A stretch of 64,000 nt of DNA from Intoshia linei (Eukaryota > Animalia > Orthonectida): the NCBI GenBank assembly GCA_001642005.1, contig LWCA01000001.1:62001-126000 (forward strand), given 5' to 3'. Below, one piece after another: positions 28,501 through 43,189 of this stretch (position 1 is its first letter; the number at the start of each line of letters is the position of its first letter). The position numbers were made by a program, and so were the translations under genes. The notes under the pieces were generated by a model. It was not told where the DNA came from. It saw nothing but the letters and a program-made list of their open reading frames with translations, and searched no databases.

Positions 28501-30094
28501 AAATTTTTCCATTTTCATCACCATCTTCGTCTGTAGCTTCAATTTTATAAATTGGTATATCAATTGGCCAATCTTCGTTTATATCAATTTTAATTTCGCC
28601 ATTTGAATTACTGAAAACGGGTATATTGTCATTTAAATCATTAATTTTCACGTCTATTGACGTGTAAGCTCGAAGATTGCTTGGCAAACCATCATCTTCA
28701 CAATAAATTTGAACGTTAATTTGGGATTCTGTTTCTCTATCAAACGATGTCTTGCTCAATAACATGTATTCTTTAACGTTTCCGATTCTATTTTCAGCTT
28801 CCATAGAACTTAGTAAAAATTGTGGACTATTTACGCTACAATATACGTTATTGTCGGCATCTAAATCCTTGACATTTATAAAAGCTATCAAAGAGTTTAT
28901 TTTTCTGTTTTCATCAATTTGAGCATACGGAAATGCCGTCAGAGTGTTAACAATTATTTTAGGGTTATTGTCGTTTATATCAAGAATATTGACTGTAACA
29001 CTCGTATAACCAGTTTTTTGTAAAATTTTGATGGCTTCAGTTTTTTCAGATTGCATATCTGTAGCTAAAACGTGAAATGTGTACTTTTTAACTTTTTCAT
29101 AATCTAAAAATCCTGAAACCACAATATCACCGTTATTTTTATTTATTTTAAAGGGTAAATTTGAAATTTTTGAGTACATTTTATTGTTAATGTTTGTCTT
29201 TAGAGAATATTTTAAATTTCCGTTAATTCCGGAATCTTTATCACTTGCTTTAAATGTAAATATCTTTGTATCGATTTCTTCATTTTCATAAATGTTGAAA
29301 ACGTAATCATCTCTTTCGAATTGTGGAGTATTATCATTGGAATCTAGTAAATTTATTCTAACGGTAGTTATACTTGACCGTTGTTTTTCACCGTTATCTG
29401 TAGCAATCAAATCAAATTTGTACGCAACAATTCCATCATCTCTATCCATAAATTGAATAGTTTTAAAAACAATTGAACCATCATAATTTTTAAAAATTTT
29501 AAACGGCCATTTTTCCGTTACATTATCATTTTCGTAATTTTTTGAGTAAACAGTTTTAATGTTATTTATACTATACTCAATTTTTGAATTTCGGCTCAAT
29601 ATAGCATCATTATCATGAGCCAAAGGTAAATTAATAAGGGAATCAAAAGATAAGCTTTCACTGATATCAATCTGATATAATGATTTTTCGAAAACAGGAT
29701 CATTATCATTTTCATCTAGTACGTTTAATTGAATTGAAAATTTTTTGAAATTTGATGAACTTTTAGTCAGAATGGAAATGTAAATAAAACATTCTTTATC
29801 CGAGCAAATATTTTCTCGGTCAATGGAATGTTGTAAAATTAATGTTCCTGTACCATTGATAACAAAATTGGCTTGCAAACTTTCCACACTAGTTGAAATT
29901 ATATTGAATTGAATTTGTTCATTTATTAATTTTAACGACTTTATCCATGTAGAAATTGAATTTTCAAAATATAAATTGGAAATTACTTGAGGTGCAAAGT
30001 TTTCTTTAATTTTGCAAGTAATTTGACAGTTGGTCAAGTGGATAGATATGAACAAAATAAACAAGGTATTCATAATGTTGAATTTGCTAAACAT
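22584..30094 (-). CDS. Protocadherin (7 cadherin repeats, delta-like)
   Basis: Large exon 30094-27395 encodes the signal peptide, EC1 with IDRENICSDKEC, DxNDNxP-type linkers, 7 EC repeats and the TM. In-phase tail exons 22842-22764 (SEDSGH) and 22726-22584 (..EGMLV*). Confidence 0.9.
26285..27115 (+). mobile_element. Tc1-family transposon relic with IR/DR-type left end, 3'-truncated
   Basis: TA|cacagtgtgtcaatttattaggca with an inner direct repeat at 26471. Disrupted transposase AQKNDLNNDE..RDH*TIKK..VLFTDECRATLDGPVGWSSGW..RRQQGGGLVMFWAGI. Confidence 0.85.
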
Positions 30095-32580
30095 GTAATC
30101 GCTTTTGAAAAAATATAAACATGTAATGAAATGTAAAATATTAATTAATTTTTTGGCTTGTACAGAAATTTAATTTTCAAGTGACTTAATTAATCAAATA
30201 AAGGACTAGTTGCGTGCCGATAAAAATAAATGTTTGAATGGGATTGTATTGTTTATTGAACAAACTTACAAATGTGCAATATAACAAGTTTAGTTATTAA
30301 CTGCGAGCTAAATCACTCACCAATCACTGATTTAGCACATTCTCATGCTGTGCAAAACTATTGTTACACATCTCGAAATTTCAATACCCTTTCTATTGTA
30401 TTGATTTTATCAAGTAGTATCGTATTTGACAGTCTATTTAAAATTTATAATATCCTAATTCTGATACAACTAGTTTTGTTCAAACCACACCTCTCTATAT
30501 TTACAAATGTCAATTGTCAATCCACATACCAATACTATTAAATCGGAACTCTTTTAATCCACCATTTACAAATTGAGCAATACTTTAAGGCTTTGAACTT
30601 GCCGGAATCGACGATCTTTACAGTACAATGTATTCATCTATTATGAGTTTATTATTGAGACATTACATTTTCTTTGTCTTGTAAACATTTCATTGATATT
30701 AATGTATTACAATTTATACTTTTTCTGATTTATTACATCTTATTTGATTATCAAAGATTACCGAAACCTATATTTTTGATAATATGTCATAAAAAATTCT
30801 AACTCTAGATAAATGTATATCATTTTAAAAATTACTTTTACGGTTACATATTATTTTCTTTTGGATTATATTGTTTATAAAATTAAAATTTAAAAATTAA
30901 AAAACTAAACAACTAGAAAACCACATAATTAATAAAGATTATTGATAAATGAACACAAGATCACAGCGTGAAATTTTAAGTGTAAATTATTATGCATTTG
31001 TTAGAGACGGTTGGGTGGATATAATGATGGTGAATGACAGTTTAACACAACTTGATGGACAGGCGTCGTAATCCACTCTATTTTGTATTAATATAAAAAG
31101 CTTTTCGTTTGAATTTAATTTTTTTACTAGGATGCATTTATTACATTATTAATACATCAATATTTATTTATAGATCTAAATGAACATGTATATAAATGAA
31201 CAGTTGAATAATTAGAAAAAATTTCGCTTCAATAATTTTAACCTATTTTACACCTTTCTATAATTGGTACTGTTAACAAAACACTATTTTATTTTTATTT
31301 ATATGGTGTTATATTGTGTTATTTTACTGCTAATTATCAAATGTCAGAAAATTTATAATGGTTTATTAGCCATAAAAAATTTTTCACAAAATTATGTATT
31401 TGAAAAAGAATCGTGTCATTTTTATTTATGTTTAAATTCACATTCTATCAAGTGAACGGAAATTTTTACACATGGATCTATACTCTTATTCTCATGTACA
31501 ATTTATGTACATTTTTATTTATATTTTCTGCTTTAAATGTAAATTTTATAACATTGCAACTTGTCGATACGAGCAGAGCCGTGGAGAGCCAACATGGCCA
31601 CTTAAAGCTAAAAATTGTAGACTCAATATAAAAATTTATCACAGAACATTAATTACAAAATTATACGGGAAAATTAAAACTTAATTCCGAATAATACGAT
31701 CACGTAATAATCGGCCTCGTAAATTGACCAAAATTCCCCTCATTGCAATCCTTGTACAAGTGCATATCTGATGAAATTGAAGATTATTATTACGAATTAA
31801 AAAATAAAACTACTGTATGTATTATAATCATTTTGGTGTTTTTAGTGTTTATGGAATATTATGAGGTGAGTTGTATGGAGAAAATAAAAATTTTATACCT
31901 AAAACACAATGTAATATAAATATGTTTTAATATGTCAAATGTACATTTTATTCAAACCTAAAATATGACATTTTTTTTAACATGAACCTAAAAAATCAAT
32001 AAACCTAAATATTACATTGACACGGTTAGAACCGAGTATGTATGAGTTTTTTTGTTCCTAATCTGATAACTGCGCCAACGATGCTAAAAATCGAGAAAGT
32101 GAAAAATAGACCAAAAAAAATTACCAAACGAAACGTAATACAACTTTTCTACGGTTCTGGGCTTAACAGTTTAAATGGCACAATTTCTAAAAATGACGCC
32201 ACCATTTTACAACAATTTTCTTGACCTCCTCCTGCGAGGAGAGGTTTAATTTAGTAGGTTCGGTTCTACCTTAATTTATTATTAATATCATCAATACATA
32301 TAATTAGTTTTTAAAAAAAAATTTAATAGACCCACCGATTTAAATTTAAACTCAAATTTTTAAATTAATATTATGTAATGCGGTGGTTCACAACGGTTGA
32401 TTTTTCTAGAAATTTATTTTTCATAAAATTCACAACATTGAAAAATTTTTTTAAGATGAAAAATATTTTTTTAACATTTTCTATTAATCTATAATATTAA
32501 ACTCCATTATATGCCCCTATTTTCTTTTTTCACGGTCCCTATGTACATTGTAAATATTGTAGTGAAACTACACCTTGAAC

Positions 32581-32730
32581 CAGTGTTTATCAACTTTTTT
32601 CCATTTCATCCGGTGCATGGTGCATTGGAAGCATGATGCAATTGGCCCTCTGAGAAATAGAATATAGATTAATTAAAATTTTTTGCTGGGTATACATAAT
32701 ATTTGCTGGCGCACCGGTTGAGAAACACTG
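32581..32730. mobile_element. Short hAT-like MITE
   Basis: Termini cagtgtttatcaac / gttgagaaacactg. TSD not conserved. Confidence 0.55.
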
Positions 32731-35479
32731 GTTTAAAAAGTGTAAGTTTTAATTTTGCCATAAAAATAGTTATGTCTATTTCTCGAGATTTTACCAGCAA
32801 AACTGTCCAAATGGCTGAATGTATAAATGTATTGTATAATACATTACTACATTATTAATCAATAACATTAAAATTTTAAAATTCTACAGATAATACGGTA
32901 AATTTCATTGTTGTAATAATGCTTCTAATTCGAGAAAATTAAAAATTATTTCTAATAAACGTTTAAAATTGTATTTTCAATATAATCTAGTTGAAATGTC
33001 ATTAGAATAATTGATTGAATTTTCTAATCAAATAAATTTGAGAATATTATAAAGAGTTATGTATAAAAAATGACATGAAATAATTTTTAGTATATAAAAG
33101 TAGATATGCGTAATTATTACACAAAATGGAATCAAATTAGTCGCCACATTATTAATATTTAATTTAGCGTTTGGGTACGTGCACAACTCATGTTCAACCA
33201 GATTTTACACCCTTCATAAATTATCTAAACTTTTGCGGCATGGATATTTCCTATAAAAATTTGTTCACAATTTGGGGGAAATTTCCGCAATTCTCTCAGT
33301 CTTAATCCTGATTGATAAAAGCTACATATAAATCGTTTGATACATATTTAGAATGCATTTGGTGGCTGCATACATTTTTATAAACGTTCAGTTTAGCTTT
33401 AAATGTCAATTACATAGTTTCACAATTACGTTTTACAATTTTCATCTTTTCTGTTGGATTAAATTTTTTTCTAAATGTGAGTCAGATCAAGCATGAATGA
33501 TACTACCCTCAATGGAATTTACATGTTGCAAATACTTGTCTAACGATTGAAAGGTTAAATCGTATCATAAACGATTGAATATAAAAAAATTGACACTTTC
33601 AGTCAACCGAAAGTTCAAAACGCTTATCATAGATTACTTGGTAAAACTAATTTATCCAATGTGCTAATATTATTATCAATACTTAATATCTCCACTCAAT
33701 TCATATTAAACATTTTTTGTCCCGTGGGAGCCATATGGTTTCCGTTTTAATGATGTCGTGTTTATTAATTTTGTGCAAATTGAATATTGTGAAACTAATT
33801 AATACTAGTATATTATTAATTATTCAACAATGATTTAACATATACATTGACATAAAAGTGTTATACATAAAAGTGTACTATTTGTAATCTTTTGAAAAAT
33901 ATCTAATTATGAATTAATGTGTTAAATTGCGTCAATTTATCATAATATTAAAGTAGATTTGAGAGCAATTAAATTCTCATTTGTTTATTTTACTTTAAAT
34001 TACATTTTAAGGATGTTGTATATTGCAAGTTGCAACATACTTGATTTCATTTCATTTCGTCAATCATAATTTTTTCTTTATTACATTTTCAACGGTACAA
34101 CAATATTCAAAATTAAAATTGTTTCATTCTCATTATTTTATAATAAAAAAAGTAACAGTCTAAGCCTCCCGGTTAAACGCTGATTGTGACTATGAGATCC
34201 TAATCTAGCTGATATTTTAATCTGATAAAATTTTTAAAATATATTTAGTAGTAAGGTAGTAGTTAGTGTTGATACAAAACACAGTTTTTTTTTATAAGGG
34301 TGTTTTATATTTTCAATAAAATAATGGGTGAATTATAAAATTAATATTCATGTAATTCTCTTGAACATTTATGCTCTTATTTTGAGTATCTGGGTCAACC
34401 ACAGAAATAAAATTATTAAATTTTTTCATCTTCCATCTACCCTTTTTTTAATTTTTAAATTTAAAAAATTTTTGTCAATTTTTCAAAGATATAACAAGAC
34501 AAATGAAATAAAAGATTAGAAAAAAATTTTTGACACTAAATAATTAAGTAAAAAGTAGGTTGATGTTTTTCTTTTTAAGGTAAATTTAAAATTTCTATTC
34601 AATCAGACCTTTCAATTACTCTTATTTATGAGATCATTGACATAATGATAAGTAAAGTTTATATAATTTTTTTAGTTAAAATGTCATATTAAGCATTCAA
34701 CTTGGATGATGTGTAGACTAAATATAATCAAATTAAAAATAATAATAATAATAATCATTTTTACACTACATTATAAATTTTCACATAATTTAATTTTTTA
34801 TTGAACGCCTATGTGGATAATATTTGATTTTTAGTTAACAAATATGAACATTATGAATACATCAAAATTAATAATTTTATATTATTTTACTATTTTTTTG
34901 TTATCTACATTAAATTCACCCATATGGCCATGATTTTTTTATGTTTCGTTTTGTATTTCGTAATAATCCAAAAGCGATATATATTTAATTTACTTTACTT
35001 TTTTGTTTGTTAATTATACTTATATAGTATTTTATATTATATACTTTCAAAAATTTAATCAAAATATTTTATATATTGATTTGCATCTAATAATTCACCG
35101 ACAATAAAAATCTACTTAAAAGACCGTTAAAGACACTTGAAATATTAATGATAAGTCTTAAAGTATTTACATGTCTTATTGATTTTTTGAAATAATCTGT
35201 AAAAATTTTAATATCTTTCAATATAAATTATCAAAATATTTATAAAATTTAATATACACTCTCAAAATCTATTTCCGATTGAATTTCCGTTATAATTAAT
35301 TAATAGTATACTTCCGTTATGTTGTAACAGTAGGGTAATTTTGTGATTTATTTACATTTTTTAGTAAAATGGGTCAATTTAAAAATTATAATAAACTAAG
35401 AAATGTATCCAAATTTATTAACTATTACAATTAAAAGTTATTCCCTATTAATAATAATAGTGTTTTAGTTAAAAATATA

Positions 35480-36320
35480 TGTTAATTATTTATATTTATT
35501 TGTTTGTTTCAGTTTATTTAAGAAAGTACAAATGTAGAGTTTTAAAAATTAAACTCCGTAATACTAATTTTTCATCATTATATTAACATCATTTTATCGC
35601 AAATTTTGTTTTCAAAAATTGAGTCCTTTAAGGTCAAACTCACAATTATCTTTTTTTATAAAATGTAAATAGTCCTAGATATATCAAAAATACATAATCT
35701 GATAAAAATGTTAAAATCATCAAAATTTTGATATTTGATAATTTGATAAATTTTAAATTCTACATCTTCACGGCCAAAACCACAAATTACACTTTTTTAT
35801 AAAATGAAAAAAAATGTTAGAAGTATACAACATAAATTGTGAAATTGGTTTTAAAATAGTAAAAATTATCATAAATCGGAAAACAAAAAAAATTTATTTT
35901 GACTATCAAAACCATTTATTATCCTTTTTTTAAAATGTAAATAGTCCTACAGTTAAAAAAATATATTATTCTGATCCAGGTTATTCCAGTTGATATAAAT
36001 ACACAATTTTAACCCCAAAATTAAATTAAATCTACGCATTCTGGTGAAAAATTATTTTAAATATATTATCAACCAATATTTCTCAAATATTTGCATTAAA
36101 GTTAAAAATTAAAAATTAAAAAGTTAACATTTGTAAATATTCATACTAAAATTTTAAAGTTTAAATTTTCTGGGATTCATATATTTTTTATGACGATTTT
36201 TTAGAGTGTAACTATAATTTGATTGTTTTTAACATCATGCAGTCATTGTCTAATAAATTGAAAAATCGGTCCTCGACAGAACTAGCTGCTGTTTGCACCA
36301 AGTACGTTACTGTCAAGCTA
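35480..36320 (+). mobile_element. Helitron-family copy
   Basis: Subrepeats (ggtcaaa..cacaattatc). 3' end cctcgacagaactagctgctgtttgcaccaagtacgttactgtcaagcta. Confidence 0.6.
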
Positions 36321-38299
36321 ATAATGTATAAAATTTTTATAGTAAATAATTTTAAACGTGATATTATTAAAAAAAAAAATAATACGCAATTTGCCTTAAT
36401 CTAAAAATACATTTGTAGTGTATCATATAATAAGGAAAAAATTAATTGAAACTGAAAAATGTAAATATATTATGTTAATATTGAAACAATAGTACAGATT
36501 TAATGTATTAGATTTAATACAATTCAGATTAAATTGATAATACCGTAAAATTTAATTGATTTATAAACAATTGATGTTATCATACATCCAACAGCTTATT
36601 GTTATTATCAAATTTACGAATATCCGAAATTGTTATTATTATCGTCATTAAATCGTAAAACACAAAAAAATATTATTTTTCAAAGAATCTATGAGAATTT
36701 AAAACCAGTAAATTAAAAGCCAGATGTTTATTAAAAATTACAAATGTACTCTTATATATTTGACTAATTTATCAAACATATTTATTGCAAATTGCAATAA
36801 ATGTATGTAAAAAACTAAAAAGTAATTTATTATTCACATTATAATGTCAATAATAATATACATAAAGTAATCATTACATAAAGTAAAAGTTGCTACTAAA
36901 TTGTGGCATTTATTTTTAGAAAACTGACAGTCCAAAAAAATTTGAAAAACAAAAATTATAAGTCAGTTTTTTTTAGTGCACAAAGTAAAATATATTTCAC
37001 TCTCCGACAATCTCACCTTCACTGTCAAAAACACAAATGATCTCTTTTCTTTAAAAAAATTAAAAAAAATTTAGTATTATAATTTTAATAAAACAAATTC
37101 TAATATTGTTTTAAATTTTTTTTATTTTATCATTAATATTAATATAATTAAATTTAAAGTTATGTACTCAACAGATCTAGCTAGTTTTTGTACAAAATAC
37201 ACAACAAACCGGCTAATCTGTAAATATAATAAAAGTTTTCAGTTATAGAAATAAATTTAATTTGATATATTGGATAATAATTATAATATAATAATTTAAT
37301 TGACATTATCAAATCAAGAAATTATATGAATATATTTTATTTTGTCAATAAAATTAAAGCATAGTAAATTAATAACGTGTTCGGTATAACAAACGTATTA
37401 CAAAGCAAATAAAATTTACAATACAATTTTCCACCCTATAATTTATTTAATTATACATTTCAATATTCTGGAAAATATTATTACAATAACAAGTCATGAA
37501 TAAAGTCAAATAATGGAATTTTAATCATACAATTGTTATTTATCGTTACTAATAAACATATTTTTAATATATAAAAAGAAAAGGACTATGAATGAATTGA
37601 TAAGACTAATTCAATGGTTTAAAATGGTCATTGTATCTAAAGTCTAGTGGTCACGCAAATATAATTATGTCTTTTAGTTTGTTGATTTTGTTTTTGTTTT
37701 TAGAAATGAAATATTTAATGCATGTAGACTTTTTTTAATACAATTATAATATTATATGTTTGACTTAATCAAAACAATTCAGTATATTTGCTACTTTTAA
37801 TGTTTTAATTCAATGCTATTGCATTAATTAAAATAATTTTAAAATGAAAAATCAACATTATTTAAAACTTTAAATTTATCAGATTATATATTGAAATGTT
37901 CAAGTACTTTGTTCATATAAATCTTAAGTATCAAAATGTGTTATTTTGCCTTGGGCAATATTCTCTCAACAGTTATTATTGACTATAATTTTTGATATTC
38001 TGTTAATATATACATTTGTGCATATTTTATTGCATTTCAAATTATATTAGTTTTATGATTGGAAAGTACATATATAGGAATATAAATGTGATTTATATGG
38101 GATTTTATTTATATCCACATAAAAAATTTATAAAATATATTATTATTAGTCTGCATGTATTAGAAATGAATATGTATTTAGATTAATTGAGTATATAGGC
38201 TACGAATCCGTAATTTTAAATGTATAATGCAAATTATATACATATTTGATTGAAAAAAATATTAATATTAAAATATTTTTACTTACAATAATTTAATGT

Positions 38300-38953
38300 T
38301 ATACATAAATGATGGTACTTCGCCTCACAATCACGATTTACGAGCCAAAAAATACAAAATCAGAATCTAAATATGCTACCAAATTGACCACCACAGAGTC
38401 GAGATTTAATATAATCGAAAATCTTTGGAGTAAATTGAAGATTAGAGTGCGTCAACGATGTCCTCAAAATTTGACGTCACTATAGACATTAACAAAGGAA
38501 GAATTTTATAAAATATCTAACGATTATATCGAAAAATTTAAGAGTCTATTCCGAGAAGATTAGATGACGTATTTTCAGTAATAGGCAGAAATACCAAGTA
38601 CTGACTTTATTAAACATTTTTAAATTAAATTTATTTCATTATGACCTTTAATTATAAAATTAATCACGGGTGCTCAAAACATATAAACGACTAAAATTAT
38701 TACAATGCAATAATATCATCATTCGAATATCTAATAATTATCTAACAATCTTCAAATTTAGTTAATAACTTCCGATCATATATACTATGATCATACATAT
38801 ATATATATATACATATATATACATACATGATACATACTATAACATTTCCTGAAATATAAAATAAATTAATGAAAAACACTTATTAATTAATATTATTATT
38901 ATTAAAATAATTAAAGATTTTATAAGGTACTCAAAACATATGGACGGGTCTCT
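38300..38953 (+). mobile_element. Tc1-family transposon relic (C-terminal half and right end)
   Basis: *PPQSRD..NIIENLWSKLKIRVRQRCPQNLTSL..SIPRRLDDV..GRNTKY*. Direct repeat ggtRctcaaaacatat at ~38669 and ~38926. Confidence 0.8.
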
Positions 38954-39685
38954 AGTTAATGTTAATTTATAAAAATAATAAGACAACAATGATTTATAAT
39001 TCTTGGAAAATAATGAATATTAATTTATTATTAAGACTATTAAGACAATTAAACGTCTTAATTATTTTCCATTCATCACATATAAATCTATTAAGAATGA
39101 AAATATAATAATATCATGAGATAGTGACGTCCCATCATCACAAATTGTGTTACCCAATGAAACTTTACAATAAATCATAATAATATTATAACATATTATA
39201 ATAATTAATCAGATGATTATAATGATGATCAGTGATTATTAATCATCAATTATAACACTTATTGATAACATTGAATATATGTCATTTTTTTAAATTTAAA
39301 TTTATGATAATGTTTATGATTTTAAAATCCGCATCAGCGTATATATTTTTTTAAATTTTCCAACTCGTTTGATTTTCAAAAAAAGGGACAACAGGGGTTT
39401 TTAACTTGTAAGATGTGAAATTAAGAGGGTGAAATTTATCTTATTATACGTCCCGGAAAAAACTGTAATTGAAATGTGGTCTTTAAAAAATTTTAAAAAT
39501 GGTAGTTATTTCAATCAAGTGGAACACACACACAAATAAAAATCACGTAGCCTTTTATATAAGTTAAAGTTTTAAGTTAAGTAAGGATTAATATATTTTA
39601 AAAAAAATTTAAAGATTTTAAATTGTTTGAATAGTGGTTTTACGAAACAAATGTTTTTATTAAAATTTCTTAAAATATTTACAAA

Positions 39686-42134
39686 TTATAATTTTCCAGT
39701 GTTCCACGATTTTGTCATATGATATTTATCATATAACGTTGAATTAATACGATTAGATTTATTTTTTCGAATTGAATTAACTAAAAAAATAATATAAACA
39801 ATTCAACATATAAAATTATAATACATGTATTATCATATTTCGTGGTTCCATTTTTTCTGTTTCGACCATTTCCAGTATTTTCATTACACCTAACATCATT
39901 TTTGATTTTAATCGTGTCTTTAGATTTTAATTTATCAATTCTGATATAAAATTATGAACGGTTAAATAGTAAATATTTAATTCTTTTTTGAACGTGAAGG
40001 CGTAATTTTGGGATGTTGCAATTCTTTTTGTGTACTAACTGGAAATAACTGTATAACTAGTTTTTTTATTTTTTGTAAAAATGGGTAATTTTGGTTTTTA
40101 ACTGAAGATGTTAGTTTTTAGGTTATAACTTACAATTTATTATTTTTATCATTAAATTAAAATCTGTTTCAGTATTTTTATTTAAAATTCTTAGACTCAT
40201 TTTTAATTCATTTATAAAAAATGTAATTTGTGGTTTTGCCCAGGAAGATGCCATTTTTGAGATTGAAATTTCTTACTTTCTGGAACAGAACAAATTATAT
40301 TGGAATGTTATTTTTATGAAAATTCTGAGTTTGTCAAATTTCTTACTTACTTTCAAATCTTACGTGAAACTTAATTTTCGCCATCAAAACCACAGATTAC
40401 CCTTTTTTAAAAATGAAAATAGTCCTAGAATTTAAAAAATACAATTAATACAGTTATATCCAGTTAACACATACAAAAAATTTCAATGTGACAAAATGGT
40501 GCCTTCAAGGTCAAAAATACACTTTAAAGTCTACCCTCGGTAAAGCTAGGTGATATTTGTACAAAGTACATAACAATACACCTAATTATTAATAAAATTA
40601 CTTTAATTCTTTAAAATTGTCATTTCTGGGATAATTGAGAACCCATTCAAATGTACGTTTAGTTTTATTTTCTTGTGCTAGAAATTAATATATAATAATA
40701 CAATAATATTCAATAATAATTTGAGGTCATTATAATATACATTAAGGCAATATTTTCCAAAGTTTTTCAACTAATGCCTCTTATTAAAACGTTTCTTAAT
40801 TTCTAAAGTACGGTAAATATTCATTTTAACAATTATTAATGTGATGATTATAATTATAATCATAATTATTTTTCACCCAATTTATTTATCCGGGTTACAT
40901 TATAACGAATTAACATAATTATGGAACATATTCCAATAATTAAAGATAAAATTATAGAATTATTAATAAAAGTATATTAATGAATACATACAATAATATT
41001 ATTTTTTTGAAGTTATAAATGAAAACACATGATATATAAAAATAAAATGTGATTCAAGATTTATTTAATTTTAATTAACTGACAAATTGCACCACTTCAT
41101 TTATTAGTATAGTACAGTAAGTACAGTACAGTAGTATAGTAATAGTAGTAAATTGATATTTTTATTAATTAAAACTAATTTTTTAATAATTTTTTTCACG
41201 TGAATAAAAGAATTTTTTTTAATCTCCCGCGTAATATTTTTTTCTGCATTTGACTGTCAATCAAATTAAGTTTGACACCTCTACTTAAGATGGTGAACGC
41301 TGCAATAAAAGCGTTAAATCAATTCTTACACAAAATAATAATAAGCAAGTAATCGGGCCTAAACTGCAAAAGTCAAGGTATATTATTTGGGGAAACTACG
41401 AAAAATTAATACATTGTTAAATTTACAACGTATAATCAGAAATAGATTCAACGTGTATAATTTTTAATTGACATTTTAGTATGTTAGACATTACAATTCA
41501 AATTATCTAAAATATTATTAACATGGAAAGGAACACACAAGAGTATTAAATACATCCTTTGATAATTAAATAAATGTAAAATCATTAAATGTGCATCACC
41601 TACATTGCGTGATGTTAAAATGTGATTTAAATTATAAGCCTAATTATAATTGTGAAACAGCACTGAAAACATATGAGCAATAATACACCAAATATTCAAT
41701 TAATAGTATGTATTGATAGTACTATAAATGATAAATGGCATGCGTGTATTATTAATGTAGTACACTAAAATTTTCATTGTAATTAAAATAATTCACCAGT
41801 AACGTATTGACGTTAATGATCATATTTATGATATGATAATTGATAAATCGACATTTTAATGTAATTAATAAAAATACAATATATATAATAAATGAACTAC
41901 GATGTATTATTAAATAAGATATCAATACAATATATATTTACCTTTATGACAAAATGCAATATCGGTCTTTCTAATATTTTGTGGAATCATTGGCCTTTTC
42001 GACATTTTACAATTATCATTTACTTTAATTGGATCAATGGAAAAAATTTTAGTATTTTGATTAATATTGTCTATTTCATTTGATAAGGTTTCATCATTTA
42101 ATCCATCAAAACTTATGTCAAAATTTGTATCCAT
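39686..42134 (-). CDS. Hypothetical 4-exon protein (~159 aa), no recognised domain
   Basis: Exons 42134-41942, 40677-40602, 39940-39825 and 39780-39686 have GT-AG ends and matching phases (1,2,1). They total 480 nt with no internal stop. Confidence 0.55.
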
Positions 42135-42264
42135 ATTAAAATTAAGATTTAAATCTTCTGTTGTTCTCTATTGTTATTTTAAATCATAATTTTATTATTG
42201 ATATGTATAAAGTATTCCAATATAACATAATTAATAAATTATAAGATATACAAAGATAAAAGTT

Positions 42265-42750
42265 ATCTTAACTTATACAAAATTGAATGTCTGTCTCTGT
42301 GTGTTGCAGCTTCTAGCAATAAATGACAGTCGTAGAATGTTAACAAACACAAATTTCAAGTCAGATTTTGTCAGGGCAGTTATTAAAATAAATGTTAATC
42401 TCAGAAACTTACCTCTACCTGGTCAAAACCCCTGATTTCCCTTTTTTTAAAAAATTAAAATAGTCCTAAAAATTTAAAAAAATTACAGCGCATACATTTA
42501 TCTCCAGTTAACACATACAAAAAATTTGAATCTCAAAAACTGAGCTCCTCACGGCCAAAAAATCACTTTGGTATTAATTTTTTTTTCGAAACAATTATAC
42601 TTTATTAAAACAAAAAATTTAAAATAATTAAATTATTATTAGAATTTAAAAAAAAAAATTATTCTAATACAGCTTATTCCAGTTGATATAAACACACTTT
42701 TTCAACTCCAGAAATCAACGCATTCCCAGTCAAAAACTGATTTTACCATT
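42265..42750 (+). mobile_element. Helitron-family copy (5' part)
   Basis: atcttaacttatacaaaattgaatgtctgtctctgtgtg start plus family subrepeats. Confidence 0.6.
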
Positions 42751-43189
42751 TTATCATGAAATATATCATGAAATTTAAATTTTTATATCTTATAAATGTA
42801 TAATTAATAATATATATAATATGTATGTACTTGATCTTTTTGAGTAAAAATTATATAATTTTCACTTTCTAATCTGATTTTTTCAAACTTTTTTTTTGCT
42901 AGGTATGTTTTGATGCATGTCTAAGTAAACAATATAAATTAAAAAGTTGTATCAAATATAGTTATTTTGAAATATATCTATGAAATAAAAATACAGTTAT
43001 TAATTTTAATTTCACTTTTTTGATCCAATTTTTGCGCCACCATTTCTGTATCAATAATGCACATGAATTGCGCTGATTTTTTAGATAAATGCTAGTTTTT
43101 TATTAAATTAATTTAATAATAACAAATATATTGAACTTTAAATTACTGTATTAATTTACGACCAAGGACGACGATAAGACCGGGGAATT

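Noticed and set aside
30272-32224. Short plus-strand ORFs upstream of the protocadherin
   Set aside because: No domains, no consistent splice chain, and partial overlap with MITE remnants.
33480-33750. Possible plus-strand exons (YYPQWNLH.. / QPKVQNAYHRLL)
   Set aside because: In-frame stop directly upstream, no start or acceptor, and no recognisable homology.
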